52,429 nt of DNA from Octopus sinensis (GCF_006345805.1 NW_021833952.1:1-52429); one strand, 5' to 3'. Positions 38,272 to 51,630 are shown, counted from the stretch's first letter. Program-made: numbers and translations. Notes: a model not told the origin generated them from the sequence alone.

Positions 38272-38692
38272 TTTTCTGGCAGAAATGTTAGCACGCCGAG
38301 CGAAATGTGTAGCAGTATTTCATCTGCCATTACGTTCTAAGTTCAAATTCCGCCAAGGTCGACTTTGCCTTTCATCCTTTCGGGGTCGATTAAATAAGTA
38401 CCAGTTATGCACTGGGGTTGATGTAATCGACTTAATCCATTTGTCTGTCCTTGTTTGTCCCCTCTATGTTTAGCCCCATGTGGGTAGTAAAGAAATAGAA
38501 ATAGGTATTTCATCTGCCATTATGTTCTGAGTTCAAATTCCACCGAGGTCGACTTTGCCTTACATCCTTTCGGGGTCGATAAATTAAGTACCAGTCATGC
38601 ACTGGGGTCGATGTAATCGACTTAATCCGTTTGTCTGTCCTTGTTTGTCCCCTCTGTGTTTAGCCCCTTGTGGGTAGTACAGAAATAGGTTT
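38272..38692 (+). mobile_element. SINE family C dimer
   Basis: Head, then two bodies joined at GAAATAGGTATTTCATCTGCC (~38498). Confidence 0.9.
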
Positions 38693-39659
38693 ATGTTACC
38701 TTCTTTGATGAGTAAATGAAAGACTCAACATTTAAACTCTAACATGCTGTATTATAAATAAGAGAGAAAAAGAAACTTTCTGATTTTCTCAGCAACTCCA
38801 CAGAGTGATGGAAACAAGATCAGTGGGGCTATGATATCACTACTCCATTTTTGGCTTCCACTTTAATGTAACCGAGGGGAAAATAGCGAAAAAGGGCGAA
38901 GAAAACATTAGAAAGGACCTCAGAACTTAACTGACACTTTATTTCCTAATCCAAGGGGATAAAAGTTAAAATATATAATTTGACTTCAGCAGTATTTGAA
39001 AATAGTGTGCGGAGAGCTGGAACAACTGCTACAAGGCATTTTTCTGGCACCATAGTAGACCTGCTAATTTAGAGTTTCTTTTCATCATGCTTCCTTGCTA
39101 GGACAATTTTAAATTCCTTGTCTTCAAGAATATTCCTATGTCAATGGAATACAAATTTCTAATTGGCTGAATGCATACATTACCAGTGAATGGTGGGGTA
39201 CCAGTTAAACTCAATAAAAAAATTTTAGCCCAGATATGATTTCAAAGTTGAATATATTTACACTTACCCCTATCTTTCAGGAAAAGCATGTTCTTATAGC
39301 CATCATTTTATACAAAGATTATCGAGAAGCACAGACATAATATTACCATCAAGTCAAGCAAAAATAAGTTTTTGCTATCAAGCCATGCAATAGATAATCT
39401 TATTTCAACTAACAGATATTTTTGTTACCAGGCTGCAAGCATCAAGTCAAAGTTGTCTCCCCTTAAAATAGATGTCTCCCTCAGTGGCAAATTACCACTT
39501 TTTATGAGTTATATTAAAATGATGTCAAACGACATCAGGCAGATAAACATAATTAAGATGTATTCTCTTGTCACATAAACAAACAGATATATTCACAAAC
39601 ATATATACATGCATAACTATTAGTTAATTTCTCTCTCCTCTCACACAGTATGCATATAT

Positions 39660-39734
39660 AAGTATGTATGTATGTATGTATGTATGTCTATCTAACTATC
39701 TATCTCTCTATCTAACTTTCTTTCTATCTACATT

Positions 39735-39774
<40 letters not shown>

Positions 39775-39878
39775 CCTTTCCACCCACCCATCCATCCATC
39801 CACCCATCCATCCATCCATCCACCCATCCGTCCATTCATCCATTCATCCATTCATCCATCCATCCATCCATCTATCTT
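39660..39878. repeat. (TATG)/(TCTA)/(TCCA)n compound tract
   Basis: Direct inspection. Confidence 0.9.
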
Positions 39879-39879
39879 A

Positions 39880-40113
39880 TTTCTTTACAAACCACAAGGG
39901 GCTAAACATAGAGGGGACCAACAAGGGCAGACAAATGAATTAAGCCGATTACATCGAACCCAGTGCATGACTGGTACTTATTTAATCGACCCTGAAAGGA
40001 TGAAAGGCAAAGTCGACCTCGACGGAATTTGAACTCAGAACGTAAGTAAAGACGGCCGAAATACAGTTAAGCATTTCACCCAGCGTACAAACGTTTCTGC
40101 CAGCTCGCCACCT
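39880..40113 (-). mobile_element. SINE family C
   Basis: Reverse complement GGTGGCGAGCTGGCAGAAACG...GAGTTCAAATTCCG. Confidence 0.88.
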
Positions 40114-40404
40114 TATCCATCCATCCATCCATCCATCCATCCATCCATCCATCCATCCATCCATCCATCCATCTATCTATCTATCTATATTTCTGTCTAT
40201 CTATCTATGTATATATCTATCTGTCTATCTATTTATCTACACAACAATCGCTACAAAGTTTATGTCCGTGAAATCTATGCACAAGGCATGGCTGGCTTGG
40301 TCTATACAAGAGGACCTTGGCCAAGCTGCTATACAATGCATGACAAACACACACTCTCTCTCTCTCTCTCTCACACTCACATACTCCTTTATGTATGCAC
40401 CATC

Positions 40405-40640
40405 ATCCTTAATTCTTTCACTTTCTTTTATTCTTTTACTTGTTTCAATCATCTGAATGCGGACATGCTGGAGCACTGCCTTTAGTCAAACAAATCAACC
40501 CAGGACTTATTTTTTGTAAACCTTGTACTTATTCTATTGGGTCTCTCTTGCCGAACCACTAAGTTACACAGGTGTAAACACAGCAACATCGGTTGTCAAG
40601 CGATCGTGGGGGGGGGGGAGACAAACAGAAACACACAAAC
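40405..40640 (-). mobile_element. SINE family A, 3' half
   Basis: Aligns with 4352-4560. Confidence 0.85.
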
Positions 40641-40652
40641 ATATACATATAC

Positions 40653-40682
<30 letters not shown>

Positions 40683-40684
<2 letters not shown>

Positions 40685-41298
40685 CATCATCATCATCCTT
40701 GTCGTCATCATCGTAATTTAATATCCGCTTTCCATGCTGGCATGGGTTGGACTGTTTGACTGAGGACTGGTGAGCCAGAAGGCTGCATCAGGCTCCAATC
40801 TGATCTAGCAAAGTTTCTACAGCTGGATGCCCTTCCTAAAGCCAGCCACTCTGAGAGTGTAGTGGGTGCTTTTACGTGCCACCAGCATGAGGACCAGTCA
40901 AGTGGTACTGACAACGACCATGCTCAAAAGTTGTTTTTATGTGTCACCTGCATGGGAGCCAGTCGAGTGACACTGGCAATGACCATGGGTGAATGTTGCT
41001 TTTCACATGCCACCGGCACATGTTGGCAACGATCATGCTCGAATGGTGCTATTTACATGCCACCGGCACGGGAGCCAGTAAGCGGCCCTGGCAATGATCA
41101 CACTGAGATGGTGCCTTTAACGTTCCGCTGGCATGAGTGCCAGTCAGGCGGTACTGTCATTGGGAACATCAGCCAAGTGAGACCATAACCCATGGCCTGT
41201 GCCAGTGGTGTATAAGCAGCCCACTTATGAATATTCTTCATTCATTGGTCAATAGACTTTTCTTGCGAAGACCTGTTGAGGCAAGTGAAATCAAAATC
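40683..41298 (-). mobile_element. RTE 3'UTR copy with inverted 5' segment (41174-41298 is on +)
   Basis: Minus-strand tail at 40683-41161; plus-strand CAAGTGAGACCATAACC...GAGGCAAGTGAAATCAAAATC matches 41961-42085. Confidence 0.8.
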
Positions 41299-41445
41299 AT
41301 CTGGAAAAGCAGCTTAGACCCCGCTACATGTCTAAACTTAGAGAGTTTTCTTGGCTACCAAACAATTGTCACATATTACATTACAGATATATATATATAT
41401 TACATATATATATATATATTATATAATATATATTATATATATATA

Positions 41446-41490
<45 letters not shown>

Positions 41491-41549
41491 ATATTATATA
41501 AGTAAATGAAAGAATGGAGTCGAAAACGATTTTAAACAAAATTCCTTTA

Positions 41550-41631
41550 CTCTCAACATATGTTTCAAAGACTGCATATTCTTAATTCCGAAGGAATAAA
41601 GGGTGCATTATGCGCCTTCTCATCAGGAAAG
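41550..41631 (-). ncRNA. Type I hammerhead ribozyme, canonical core
   Basis: CUUUC-CUGAUGA-GAAGGCGCA...UGCAGUCUUU-GAAAC-AUAU-GUU-GAGAG. Confidence 0.72.
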
Positions 41632-41753
41632 ACAAGGAACCTATGTGTTTTCTGACATGAATTTGCTACCGGGTATCGGTTACGAAATTATCCATACTAG
41701 GATAGATATATATATATATATAATTTAAGTAGTTGAATGAATATTCAACTACT

Positions 41754-41787
<34 letters not shown>

Positions 41788-41790
<3 letters not shown>

Positions 41791-42555
41791 GTGTGAAAAA
41801 GTCCCACACCTAGCGGTTGAGGGAACCTGTGGAAGAGGCAGACCCAGGAAAACCTGGGACGAGGTGGTAAAGCACGACCTTCGAACCTTTAGGTCTCACT
41901 GAGGAAATGACTAGACCGAGACCTCTGGAAGTGTGCTGTGCGCGAGAAGACCCGGCAGGACAAGTGAGTCCATAACCCGTGGCCTTCTACATGGGATAGA
42001 GCCAGCCTACGTATGCATACCTTCCTTCTTGGGACACAAAACTCTACTTGTGAAGACGTGTTGAGGCAAGTGAGGATCAGAATCGAAATCGATCAATGGA
42101 AATTGCGGATGTGCTACCAGTGCCGGCATGTCAAAACTTGCTTGTGAAGACCCGTGATGCAAGTCGAGGATCAGAATCGAAATCGATCAATGGAAATTGC
42201 AGATGTGTTACCAGTGCTGGTGGCATGTAAGAGAACTTTCGTTTCGCGACTGTTGCCAGCACCGCCCCGTTTCGTGTCCGTTGCCAGCCTCGCCTGGCCC
42301 TCGTGCCGGTGGCACATAAAAAGCACCATCCGTTCGTGGCCGTTTGCCGCTCTGTCTGGCACCAGGCGGGTGGCACGTAAAAAGCACCCACTACACTCAC
42401 GGAGTGGTTGGCGTTAGGAAGGCAGCAGCCCGTAGAAACACTGCCAGATTTGACTGGGCCTGATGAAGCCTTCTGGCTTCACAGACCCCCGTAGAACCGT
42501 CCAACCCATGCTAGCATGGAAAACGGACGCTAAACGATGATGATGATGATGATGA
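41788..42555 (+). mobile_element. 5'-truncated RTE LINE: ORF C-terminus plus complete 3'UTR
   Basis: AVEGTCGRGRPRKTWDEVVKHDLRT...DLWKCAVREKTRQDK* (TGA at 41965-41967, with frameshifts); ~95-bp duplication at 42050-42240; (GAT)n tail. Confidence 0.9.
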
Positions 42556-42574
42556 TATATATATACATATATAC

Positions 42575-42733
42575 GACGGGCTTCTTTCAGTTTCTGTCTA
42601 CAAAATCCACTCACAAGGCTTTTGGTCGGCCTGAGGCTCTAGTAGAAAACACTTGCCCAAGGTGCCAAACAGTAGGACTGAATCTGAAACCACATGGTCG
42701 GGAAGCAAGTATCTTACCATGCAGCCACTCCTG
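42575..42733 (-). mobile_element. SINE family A, 5' half
   Basis: GACGGGCTTCTTTCAGTTTC...CCATGCAGCCACTCC. Confidence 0.88.
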
Positions 42734-42764
42734 TCCCACTTTTCTTTTCTGCTTGCATTTCCAG

Positions 42765-42852
42765 GAAGGATTTGCTGAATAAGATATTCAACTTAAACAC
42801 ATATGATGAAGAAGAAAATCAAAACCTAGCAGAAGACGAGAATACACATTAA
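42765..42852 (+). CDS. Candidate terminal coding exon
   Basis: Strong acceptor CTTTTCTTTTCTGCTTGCATTTCCAG|G; frame KDLLNKIFNLNTYDEEENQNLAEDENTH*; no homology recognised. Confidence 0.25.
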
Positions 42853-43227
42853 TTCAGCAATCAAAATTACTAAAAATTACTAGACAGATTTCAGAGATAA
42901 GTAATTAATTATTAAGAGGTTTCAGACTTTGTCGTTCTTAAAAACTGGGTTTTAGGTGGCAAAAGTAAGCACAAGGCAAAGAAGAGCCTAATCTTAAAAT
43001 GACAAAAGCAAAAATCATAATCTTTATGGAAATGCTTATTTGGTGGTGCCCTACAGAGTGGCCATTGACTCATGTGTATATATATTTATGTGAGTGTGTG
43101 TTTGTGTGTGTGTGTATGTGTGTGTACATGCATATATATATATTAGATAGATGGATAGAGAGATAGCACATTTGTCTAAATACATAAACATATATACATA
43201 ATATATATATATGTCCTATATATATAT

Positions 43228-43280
<53 letters not shown>

Positions 43281-44182
43281 ATATATATATACACCACGCA
43301 TATAATTATATATATCTATATATACAACACACATATATATATACATACACACAGACACATATGTATGTATGCATGTCTGTACGTATTTATGTATGCATGT
43401 ATGTATGTATATTTGTATATATATGTATATATTATATAATATATATATATCTATATTATATATTAATATATAATATATTATATATATATATACATATATA
43501 TATATACATATATATATATACATATATATATTTATGCATGTATGTAATTATGTATGTATGTATATATGTATGTACACACCACACAGCTACAAACATTTGT
43601 ATTGTGTGTGTATGTGTGTGTTTAGACATAGATTAAGTAATATCATGAAATGAAATATATTGAACAGATAATGGTTTATATGGTTAAATTGATATTGATT
43701 GGAGGATAACATTAATAATTCATGTTCACATACCAAACTTTTTACATACAACAAATTCTCATATAATTATAACCAACACATACACAAACACACTGACAAA
43801 GAAGCACACACACACACACACACGCACATATACATGTATGTATATTTGCATAGAATATCCAAATGTAAATTCATATTTATGATCTCATAGTAACTTTATA
43901 TCATTACTACAAAGAGTAGACAGTAATCAGCACTACAAGGGCGAATATATATTTCAAGTTTAGAAAACCAAAATTTGCATATTTTCTAGTCAGAGATTTT
44001 TTTTTTTCTATTCATTTATATATCAGTTTTTTTCTTTTTTGCGTGTGTGTGTGCGTGCAAATAGTCTTCTGTGATATACATACACTTTCATATATATGCG
44101 TGAGTAAGTGTATGTGTGTGTGTAGTTATATATGTAGGTATAGATATGTGTGTACGCATGTGCGAGTGCGTATGAATATTTA

Positions 44183-44281
44183 TATCATCGTCATCATCAT
44201 CATCATCGTCGTCATCATCATCCTCATCATCATCATCATCCTCATCGTCTTTGTTGTTGTTGTCATTGTGCTTGTTGTCAC

Positions 44282-44314
<33 letters not shown>

Positions 44315-44432
44315 TCATCTTCATCATCATCATCATCATCATTGTCATCATCATTGTCTTTTTTGTTGTTGCTGTTCTGCTTGTCGTTGTTATTGTCATT
44401 GTTGTCACCATCATCATCATCATCATCATCAT
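44183..44432. repeat. (CAT)n/(GTT)n compound trinucleotide tract
   Basis: Direct inspection. Confidence 0.95.
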
Positions 44433-44811
44433 CAGTCATTGTGTTTTTACAGTAGCTTATTCATACAATCATGTATTGAAGTGGATTTCTCTTTTCTTCC
44501 CCCCCCTTCCCCCCCCCGTTTAGCCAGATACCCGATCGTCAGGCAAACCTCTTGTAGCATGCAGTAACATGTTTTACCCATTTTAAAACTGGGCTACATT
44601 TAATAATATATAGATACATATATACAAATATGCACAATCATACATATGTGAACAAAGGCATGTATAAGCATATCTCTCTCTCTCTCTCCTTATCTATCTA
44701 TCTATCTATCTATCTATATATATATTCTATATATATATATATATATATACATATGTGTGTATGTATGTATGTATATATATATATATGTGAGTGTATGCAT
44801 ATATGTGTTGT

Positions 44812-45165
44812 TATGGATGTGTGGTAAGAAGCTTGCTTCCCAACCACATGTGTGGCAACTTGGGCATAACTTAGTGGTTTGTCACCATAACTTAGTGGTT
44901 TGACAAAAGAGACTGATAGAATAAGTACTAGACTTACAAAGAATAAGTCCTCAGGTTGAAAGGTTTTGTTTGTTTCAGTCAATTGACTCTGGCCATGCTG
45001 GAGCATCACATTTAGTTGAAAAAATTGACCCCAGTACTTATTTTATTGGCCTCTTTTGCCAAACCACTAAGTTATAGGGACATAAGCACACCAGTTGTCA
45101 AGTGATAGTAGGGGGACAAACACACACACACACATATATATATACAGGCTTCTTTCAGTTTCTAT
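44812..45165. mobile_element. Rearranged SINE A fragments (plus-strand part followed by minus-strand part)
   Basis: Plus head at 44812-44860 and 3' piece at 44875-44955; minus 3' half at 44970-45165. Confidence 0.7.
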
Positions 45166-45171
45166 ACATAC

Positions 45172-45222
<51 letters not shown>

Positions 45223-45496
45223 CATATATAGATAGATAGATAGATATTTAAACATATGAATATACATATATATCTGTGTGTGTATGAAAATTGTCATTCT
45301 TCATTCTCATATAAGAATAATGAAAATGATTTCACTGGGTAAACATTCCTGATCTCAAGGCTATGTGTTCTTGAAGAAATGGACTAGCAGTCTTTAGTTG
45401 CAAGGCAGGTAAGTATTGACAATAGGATGAACATCCAGCTGTACATATACTGCCAATACATCCGATGCTGACAAAAGAAATGTTTGAAAATCAGGT

Positions 45497-46012
45497 AACT
45501 GACCATATGTGTGGGCGGCTGTGAGGAGAAATCATCAAATCACCATCCAAGAGTTATCAGAGGATGTGCTGATTAATTACGGTTCAGTTCAGTCTATTAT
45601 CACTGAGGATTTGGGTATGAGATGCGTGTCTGCCAAGTCTGTGCCAAAACTACTTTCAGCTGACCAAGAAAACACTCAGGTTTCAGTTGCACAAGATCTC
45701 CTTGATTGTGTCAAGAACAATGGAAAATTTTTGAGAATTTTGCATAGGCCTCTGAGCAAGTATCACCAAGCTTTTGGCAAAATTTGATGCAGATTCTCTG
45801 CTAAACTTTCTCTGACATGGTCAATGCGATGATCACACACTACACACCTTTCTTCCAAGCACTCCTGTAAACAGCAGAAGTGAGTTAGAATGTTAAAACT
45901 TAGTGTACAGGCACAGCAGATTTCATAGTCAATTTGTGCCAAGCAGCTTCACTCTGTGTACTTTAGCTTCGTTACTATGGCAACAAACCGGATACTTATT
46001 GATCAGACTATG
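45497..46012. mobile_element. Mariner fragment with internal inversion
   Basis: Plus: WAAVRRNHQITIQELSEDV...SAKSVPKLL...KFL; minus: MSEKV*QRICIKFCQKLGDTCSEAYAK plus TIR remnant at ~46012. Confidence 0.82.
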
Positions 46013-46039
46013 TGTATGTATATGTTGAGTGAGAGAGAG

Positions 46040-46145
46040 AGGGAGACACGAGAGGCAGATTGGAGCAAGCAATGGTCCTTGAATTTATGGGATACATGTC
46101 AAACTGCCTAACACATGCCAGCATGGAAAACAAGCAGTAAAACAT
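46040..46145 (+). mobile_element. RTE tail fragment, diverged
   Basis: CAGATTGGAGC...CATGCCAGCATGGAAAACAAGCAGTAAAAC. Confidence 0.55.
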
Positions 46146-46269
46146 CTGAGCATGTGTCTCTGCTATGTGTGTGTGTTTGTACGTGTGCGTGTGTGTGTGT
46201 TTGTATACATATATATAAATGCATATGAATGTATACATATATATATGTATGTATGTATGTATGTGATAT

Positions 46270-46304
<35 letters not shown>

Positions 46305-46310
<6 letters not shown>

Positions 46311-46440
46311 GAGAATTCACACAAAAAACAAAATACGAAGACAGGTGGTGTAGAAAACAAACAGATGTATTAGTATAAAGCTCGGGAATTGAATTTTATG
46401 TCTCGAGCCTATGCTCTTCCACAGAAAGGAACACACATAT
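46305..46440 (-). mobile_element. Hammerhead-bearing module, family P2
   Basis: Reverse complement CTTT-CTGTGGA-A-GAGC(ATAG)GCTC-GAGAC-ATA-AAA at 46394-46428. Confidence 0.6.
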
Positions 46441-46487
46441 ATACACACACACATATATATTATTATACATACATATATATATTTATG

Positions 46488-46520
<33 letters not shown>

Positions 46521-46529
46521 GTATATATA

Positions 46530-46745
46530 TATTCAAAATGTGACTGCATGTGTACCGTTGGCGATTTTTTTTCCTCTGTCTTCCCTTCTCTGGATCTTTC
46601 CTTCTCCTATGTTTCCGACGAAGAGCTCCGCTCGAAACGTTAAACCCTCATACTTTCCTTCATTCCTGAGCGTCCAATAATACTATAGTTGTTCCACGTC
46701 CTCGCGTTGTTGTGCTTTTTTGTGCTTTCATGTTTGGATTAATAT
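46530..46745 (+). mobile_element. Hammerhead-bearing module, family P1
   Basis: GTTT-CCGACGA-A-GAGC(TCC)GCTC-GAAAC-GTT-AAAC at 46611-46645; homologue of 17825-18040. Confidence 0.75.
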
Positions 46746-47571
46746 CTAATATATATATATGTTATATATGTATATATATACATATAATAATATATATATA
46801 CATACACCCCATACTATATATATATATATTATATATTATATATATATTGGATGTTAGTATATATATATATACATATATAAATATATGCATACTCATCTGT
46901 ATGCACCACATGCATGCACACAGACACACCACACACACACATTGATAGATAGTCAGATTTATTGACAGGTAGATATATAGACATGTACTTGCACATTTTC
47001 TCAACCTGACAAAGTACAATGAATACGCATTTAAAGAAAATTAGTCCCCAATCACAGCAACACCACCGTACCAGCCAGGCATGCTAATTTACATCATATT
47101 TCTGCACAAACTTCTTCAATGAAAGTGCAGCAACTGCACAATAAGTGTGCAATAACAGGTAATGCACCAATAACATGCAATGCAATTTGAAACATTTAGC
47201 TAAGTACTAAATTGAAACAAGAAACTAAAAGCAAAATAAAAGCACAAAGCAGTCCATTAGAATATCGGAGCTGCATCGGTTTATGACAAGCCATGATGGA
47301 GGTGACCAATAGCTTGGCAACAAGGAGTGTATTAGTTATTCACAAGAGAAAAGGAGTAATTAGGGGAGTATTCCATGAGATACATGTTGCATTGTGCCAC
47401 TCATTATCATTATTGATATCATCTGATATGTGTGTGTGTGTGTGTGTGTATACAGGCAAACACATGTATGTATATGTATATGTATGTATATGTATATGGA
47501 TATATATATATATAAATATATATGTATATATATATATATATCAATATATGTAAATAATATGTATAAATATT

Positions 47572-47618
<47 letters not shown>

Positions 47619-48240
47619 GACAGATAGATAGATATTTCATATATGATGGGTGATATATATATGTATATGTATGGAAATATGTGCATACAAAACACACATA
47701 TAGATTATGTACATGTACATAATCCACATATCCATATATACACATTTACATGCATATATATATATATAATTATATATATCTATATATATATATATATATA
47801 CATATATATATACATATGTATATATACATATGTATATACATATATATATATATTACACACACACGCACACACACACACACACACACACAACACACACGAT
47901 ATGTTTATTATAGGTTCTATGACTGATAGCTTTATGGAATACACCAGAGAGAGAATGTAAGTGTCTTTGGTTCTTTCTTTCGCACAAATTTGTGTCTGTG
48001 TGTCTTATCGTGGGTATTAATATTTTGTTAAAGCCATGTATTAATGACTCTGGTTAAATCCTTTGGATCATAGCTGTTGATGCCTACAAGTTATAGCTTA
48101 CATATCTATTTTGCTAGATATCTGTCTAGAATCTGTACCTATATATCTGTCTGTCAATGTGTCTATCTTTCTATTCATTTGTCTGTCAATCTATCCATTC
48201 ATCCTTTCATTCATCTCTTTATCTATCTGTCTGTCCGTCG

Positions 48241-48281
<41 letters not shown>

Positions 48282-48716
48282 CCTATCTAATTATCAAATC
48301 ATCATTTCATTTGATTTCATTCTCTGCATATACATCTACACATGTGTGTGTGTGTGTGCGTGCACACACGTGTGTACTTGTATGCATATATATTGATAGA
48401 TATCCATACATATACTTACATATACATATAGGCGCATATCAATTTCTATATATACATACAGAAATATATATATATATATATACACACACATATATTTACA
48501 GAGAGAGAGAGAGAGAAAAAAAAGGGAGAGAGAGAGAAATTGACACATATATATGTGTGTGAGTGTGTGTCATTTTGTCTGTGTGCGTATAAATTCTTGA
48601 ATATATTTATTTGTCCATGTATTAGGGTATACATACATATATATGGTTCTCTCTCTCTGTTTATACATATGTACACCATAAGTACTTCATATATATATAC
48701 ATACATACATACAGTA

Positions 48717-48754
<38 letters not shown>

Positions 48755-48755
48755 G

Positions 48756-48815
<60 letters not shown>

Positions 48816-48867
48816 ATATATAATACATAGATGCATATATATGATGCAGCTTTTATATATGCATTTA

Positions 48868-48987
48868 TCACTTTGATCACCGTGACCGACCAGGATCAGT
48901 TGTTGCTAGACATCGCTGGTCACAATGCACTTCACAGTGTTTTAGCCTTCAAATGATGCCACCCTGCTGGCTAAACAAGCAGACCAA
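48868..48987 (-). mobile_element. SINE family E tail fragment
   Basis: Aligns with 33513-33635. Confidence 0.75.
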
Positions 48988-48995
48988 TATGCATT

Positions 48996-49038
<43 letters not shown>

Positions 49039-49585
49039 GTGTGTGTGTATGTATATATATTTACAGGTATGTGTATACGTATATATTTATAGTATATGAT
49101 CATTTGCATATAACCATTGTAATGTCTGGTTTTGCTACTGCAGCACCATATGAAAACAGAACTGTTAGAGCTATATATATATGCTATTTCATTATAATCC
49201 CCCAATTTTTCAATTCAAATACAACACCTCTTAAATTAATCAAAAAATGTTCCTACTGATTCGGAAAAAGTAACCAAAAATTTTATATTTTCACTTATAA
49301 TACTCTGAAGAAAAAAAACCATCCGTGACCACATTTCTGTGAATGATTTTATGAAGAACACTTGTTAAATTCACAATTAACATGTGATATACTAAATATT
49401 ATCATAGATATGGAATTTGATAGAATATAGTTAGTGACAAACATGTACAGATAGTTATGTAGTCAAACATACAAGTTGTATACACACCTGTAGACTCACA
49501 GACAGACATGCACACATACACACACACACACTTGTGTGTGTGCCTGTTTATATGTATTATGTATTTATCTGTATATATGTATGTG

Positions 49586-49617
<32 letters not shown>

Positions 49618-50651
49618 GCTTATATATATATATACATATATATACATATATATACATATATATATATATGTATATATATATGTATGTATGTATATATACA
49701 TATACATATACATACAAAGATAGAGATACATGGATACACATACTTATGCATATATGATACATAAATATGTATATACCTGTATATATATATGTAAATATAT
49801 ATATTCATATTTATATATAAATACACACACACAACACACATACATACATAAATATATATATATTTATACACATACACACACACACTCATGTGTATGTATT
49901 TATAAGTACAACATGTGTACATATGTATATATAACTGTATATATTCATATATCCTATTCTCTGCATCCATATCTAAATATTTCCAGTTAAATTTTGTGAA
50001 TCTATATACAGAAAAAAATATATTAAGAAAACCTATAGGAAAATTCAAACGTAAGGACCAGGGAGGAAATGGTTTGACAGGAACCCTAGCAAGGGACACA
50101 GTTGTATGGACAAGGGCTGTGGGACATGTAAGAGGCAAGGGAAATCAATGTAGACACTTTCACTGTCAATGTTGTGCCAGAGGACTTTGTTATTACAGTA
50201 TAACTATCTTGAACGTGTAAATGTATGCAGTTACGTATGTGCGTATGCGTGTGTTTGTAGGCAAGCATGTTCATGTGTTTGTGAGTTTGTATGCATGTAT
50301 GTATGAATGCGTATATGTGGTGATGAATCCATGTGTGTGGACATATGTGCATAGGTAGGGGTTTTGCATATTTACGCACAAACACATACATTTATGCATA
50401 TATAAATGTGTGTGTGTGAATTTACTGATAGTCAGAAACAGATACACACATGTGTATGTATATATATATATATATATATATGTGCGTGTATGTAGGTATA
50501 TATATACATATGTATGCATATATATTCAGACATACATACACACACACACACACACATACACACACGTATATTTACATATACATATAAACATATTTACATT
50601 CGTTTCAAAGTAAATATTAAGAGTTACGTAGAATTTTAAGCAAAGCACATT

Positions 50652-50659
50652 TGTGTGTG

Positions 50660-50754
<95 letters not shown>

Positions 50755-50776
50755 GTGTTTTGTGTGTGTGTGTGTG
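50652..50776. repeat. (TG)n microsatellite
   Basis: Direct inspection. Confidence 0.95.
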
Positions 50777-51094
50777 CATTTTCCTATTTGTTTCTTTTAC
50801 ATTGCTTGACAACTGCTGCTGTTATTCCCCACCCCTTACCGAAGTGCTTCAGCAAAGTAAGTTCAATGGAACAAGTTTCAAACTGGAAAAAAAAATATAT
50901 ACACTGGCAAATTAGTCAACCCAACCATTCCAGGCAGTGCTCTAGTATGGGCACAGAGAAATATAGGATACAAAATGTATGTCTGTCTCTATGTCTGTCT
51001 ATGTGTCTGTAAGTATGCATGTAACTATGTATGCACATAAAATTTATATCCATGCATGTATGTATGTATGCATGTATGTACATATGTATGTATG

Positions 51095-51241
51095 TATCTA
51101 TCTATCTATCTGTCTGTCTATCTATTTTTTTTCTCGCCAAAAAGAAAAGCTCTACTTTGTAATTTGTCCCTCTCTGTGTTCAGCCCTGTGTGGCTAATAA
51201 AGAAACATATTCATCTATCTATCTCTTTATCTATTTATCTG

Positions 51242-51323
<82 letters not shown>

Positions 51324-51388
51324 AATCTATCTGTCTAGCTATCTATCTGCCTGTCTGTCTCTCTGTCAGTCTATCTATTTATCTATCT

Positions 51389-51447
<59 letters not shown>

Positions 51448-51478
51448 GTCTGTCTGTCTATCTATTTATCTATGTATT

Positions 51479-51543
<65 letters not shown>

Positions 51544-51574
51544 GTCTGTCTGTCTATCTATTTATCTATGTATT

Positions 51575-51608
<34 letters not shown>

Positions 51609-51630
51609 TTTGCCTATTTATCTATATACC
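51095..51630. repeat. (TATC)/(TGTC)n tract with higher-order repeated blocks
   Basis: Block TCTATTTATCTATGTATTTGTCTG recurs at ~51460 and ~51555. Confidence 0.9.

Noticed and set aside
44043-44567. Poly-His/poly-Asp ORFs
   Set aside because: (CAT)n tract lacking stops in several frames; not evidence of a gene
47037-47158. Open frame KLVPNHSNTTVPARH... ending at CAG|GTAATG
   Set aside because: Good donor but poor acceptor, no recognisable homology, and downstream of the candidate terminal exon
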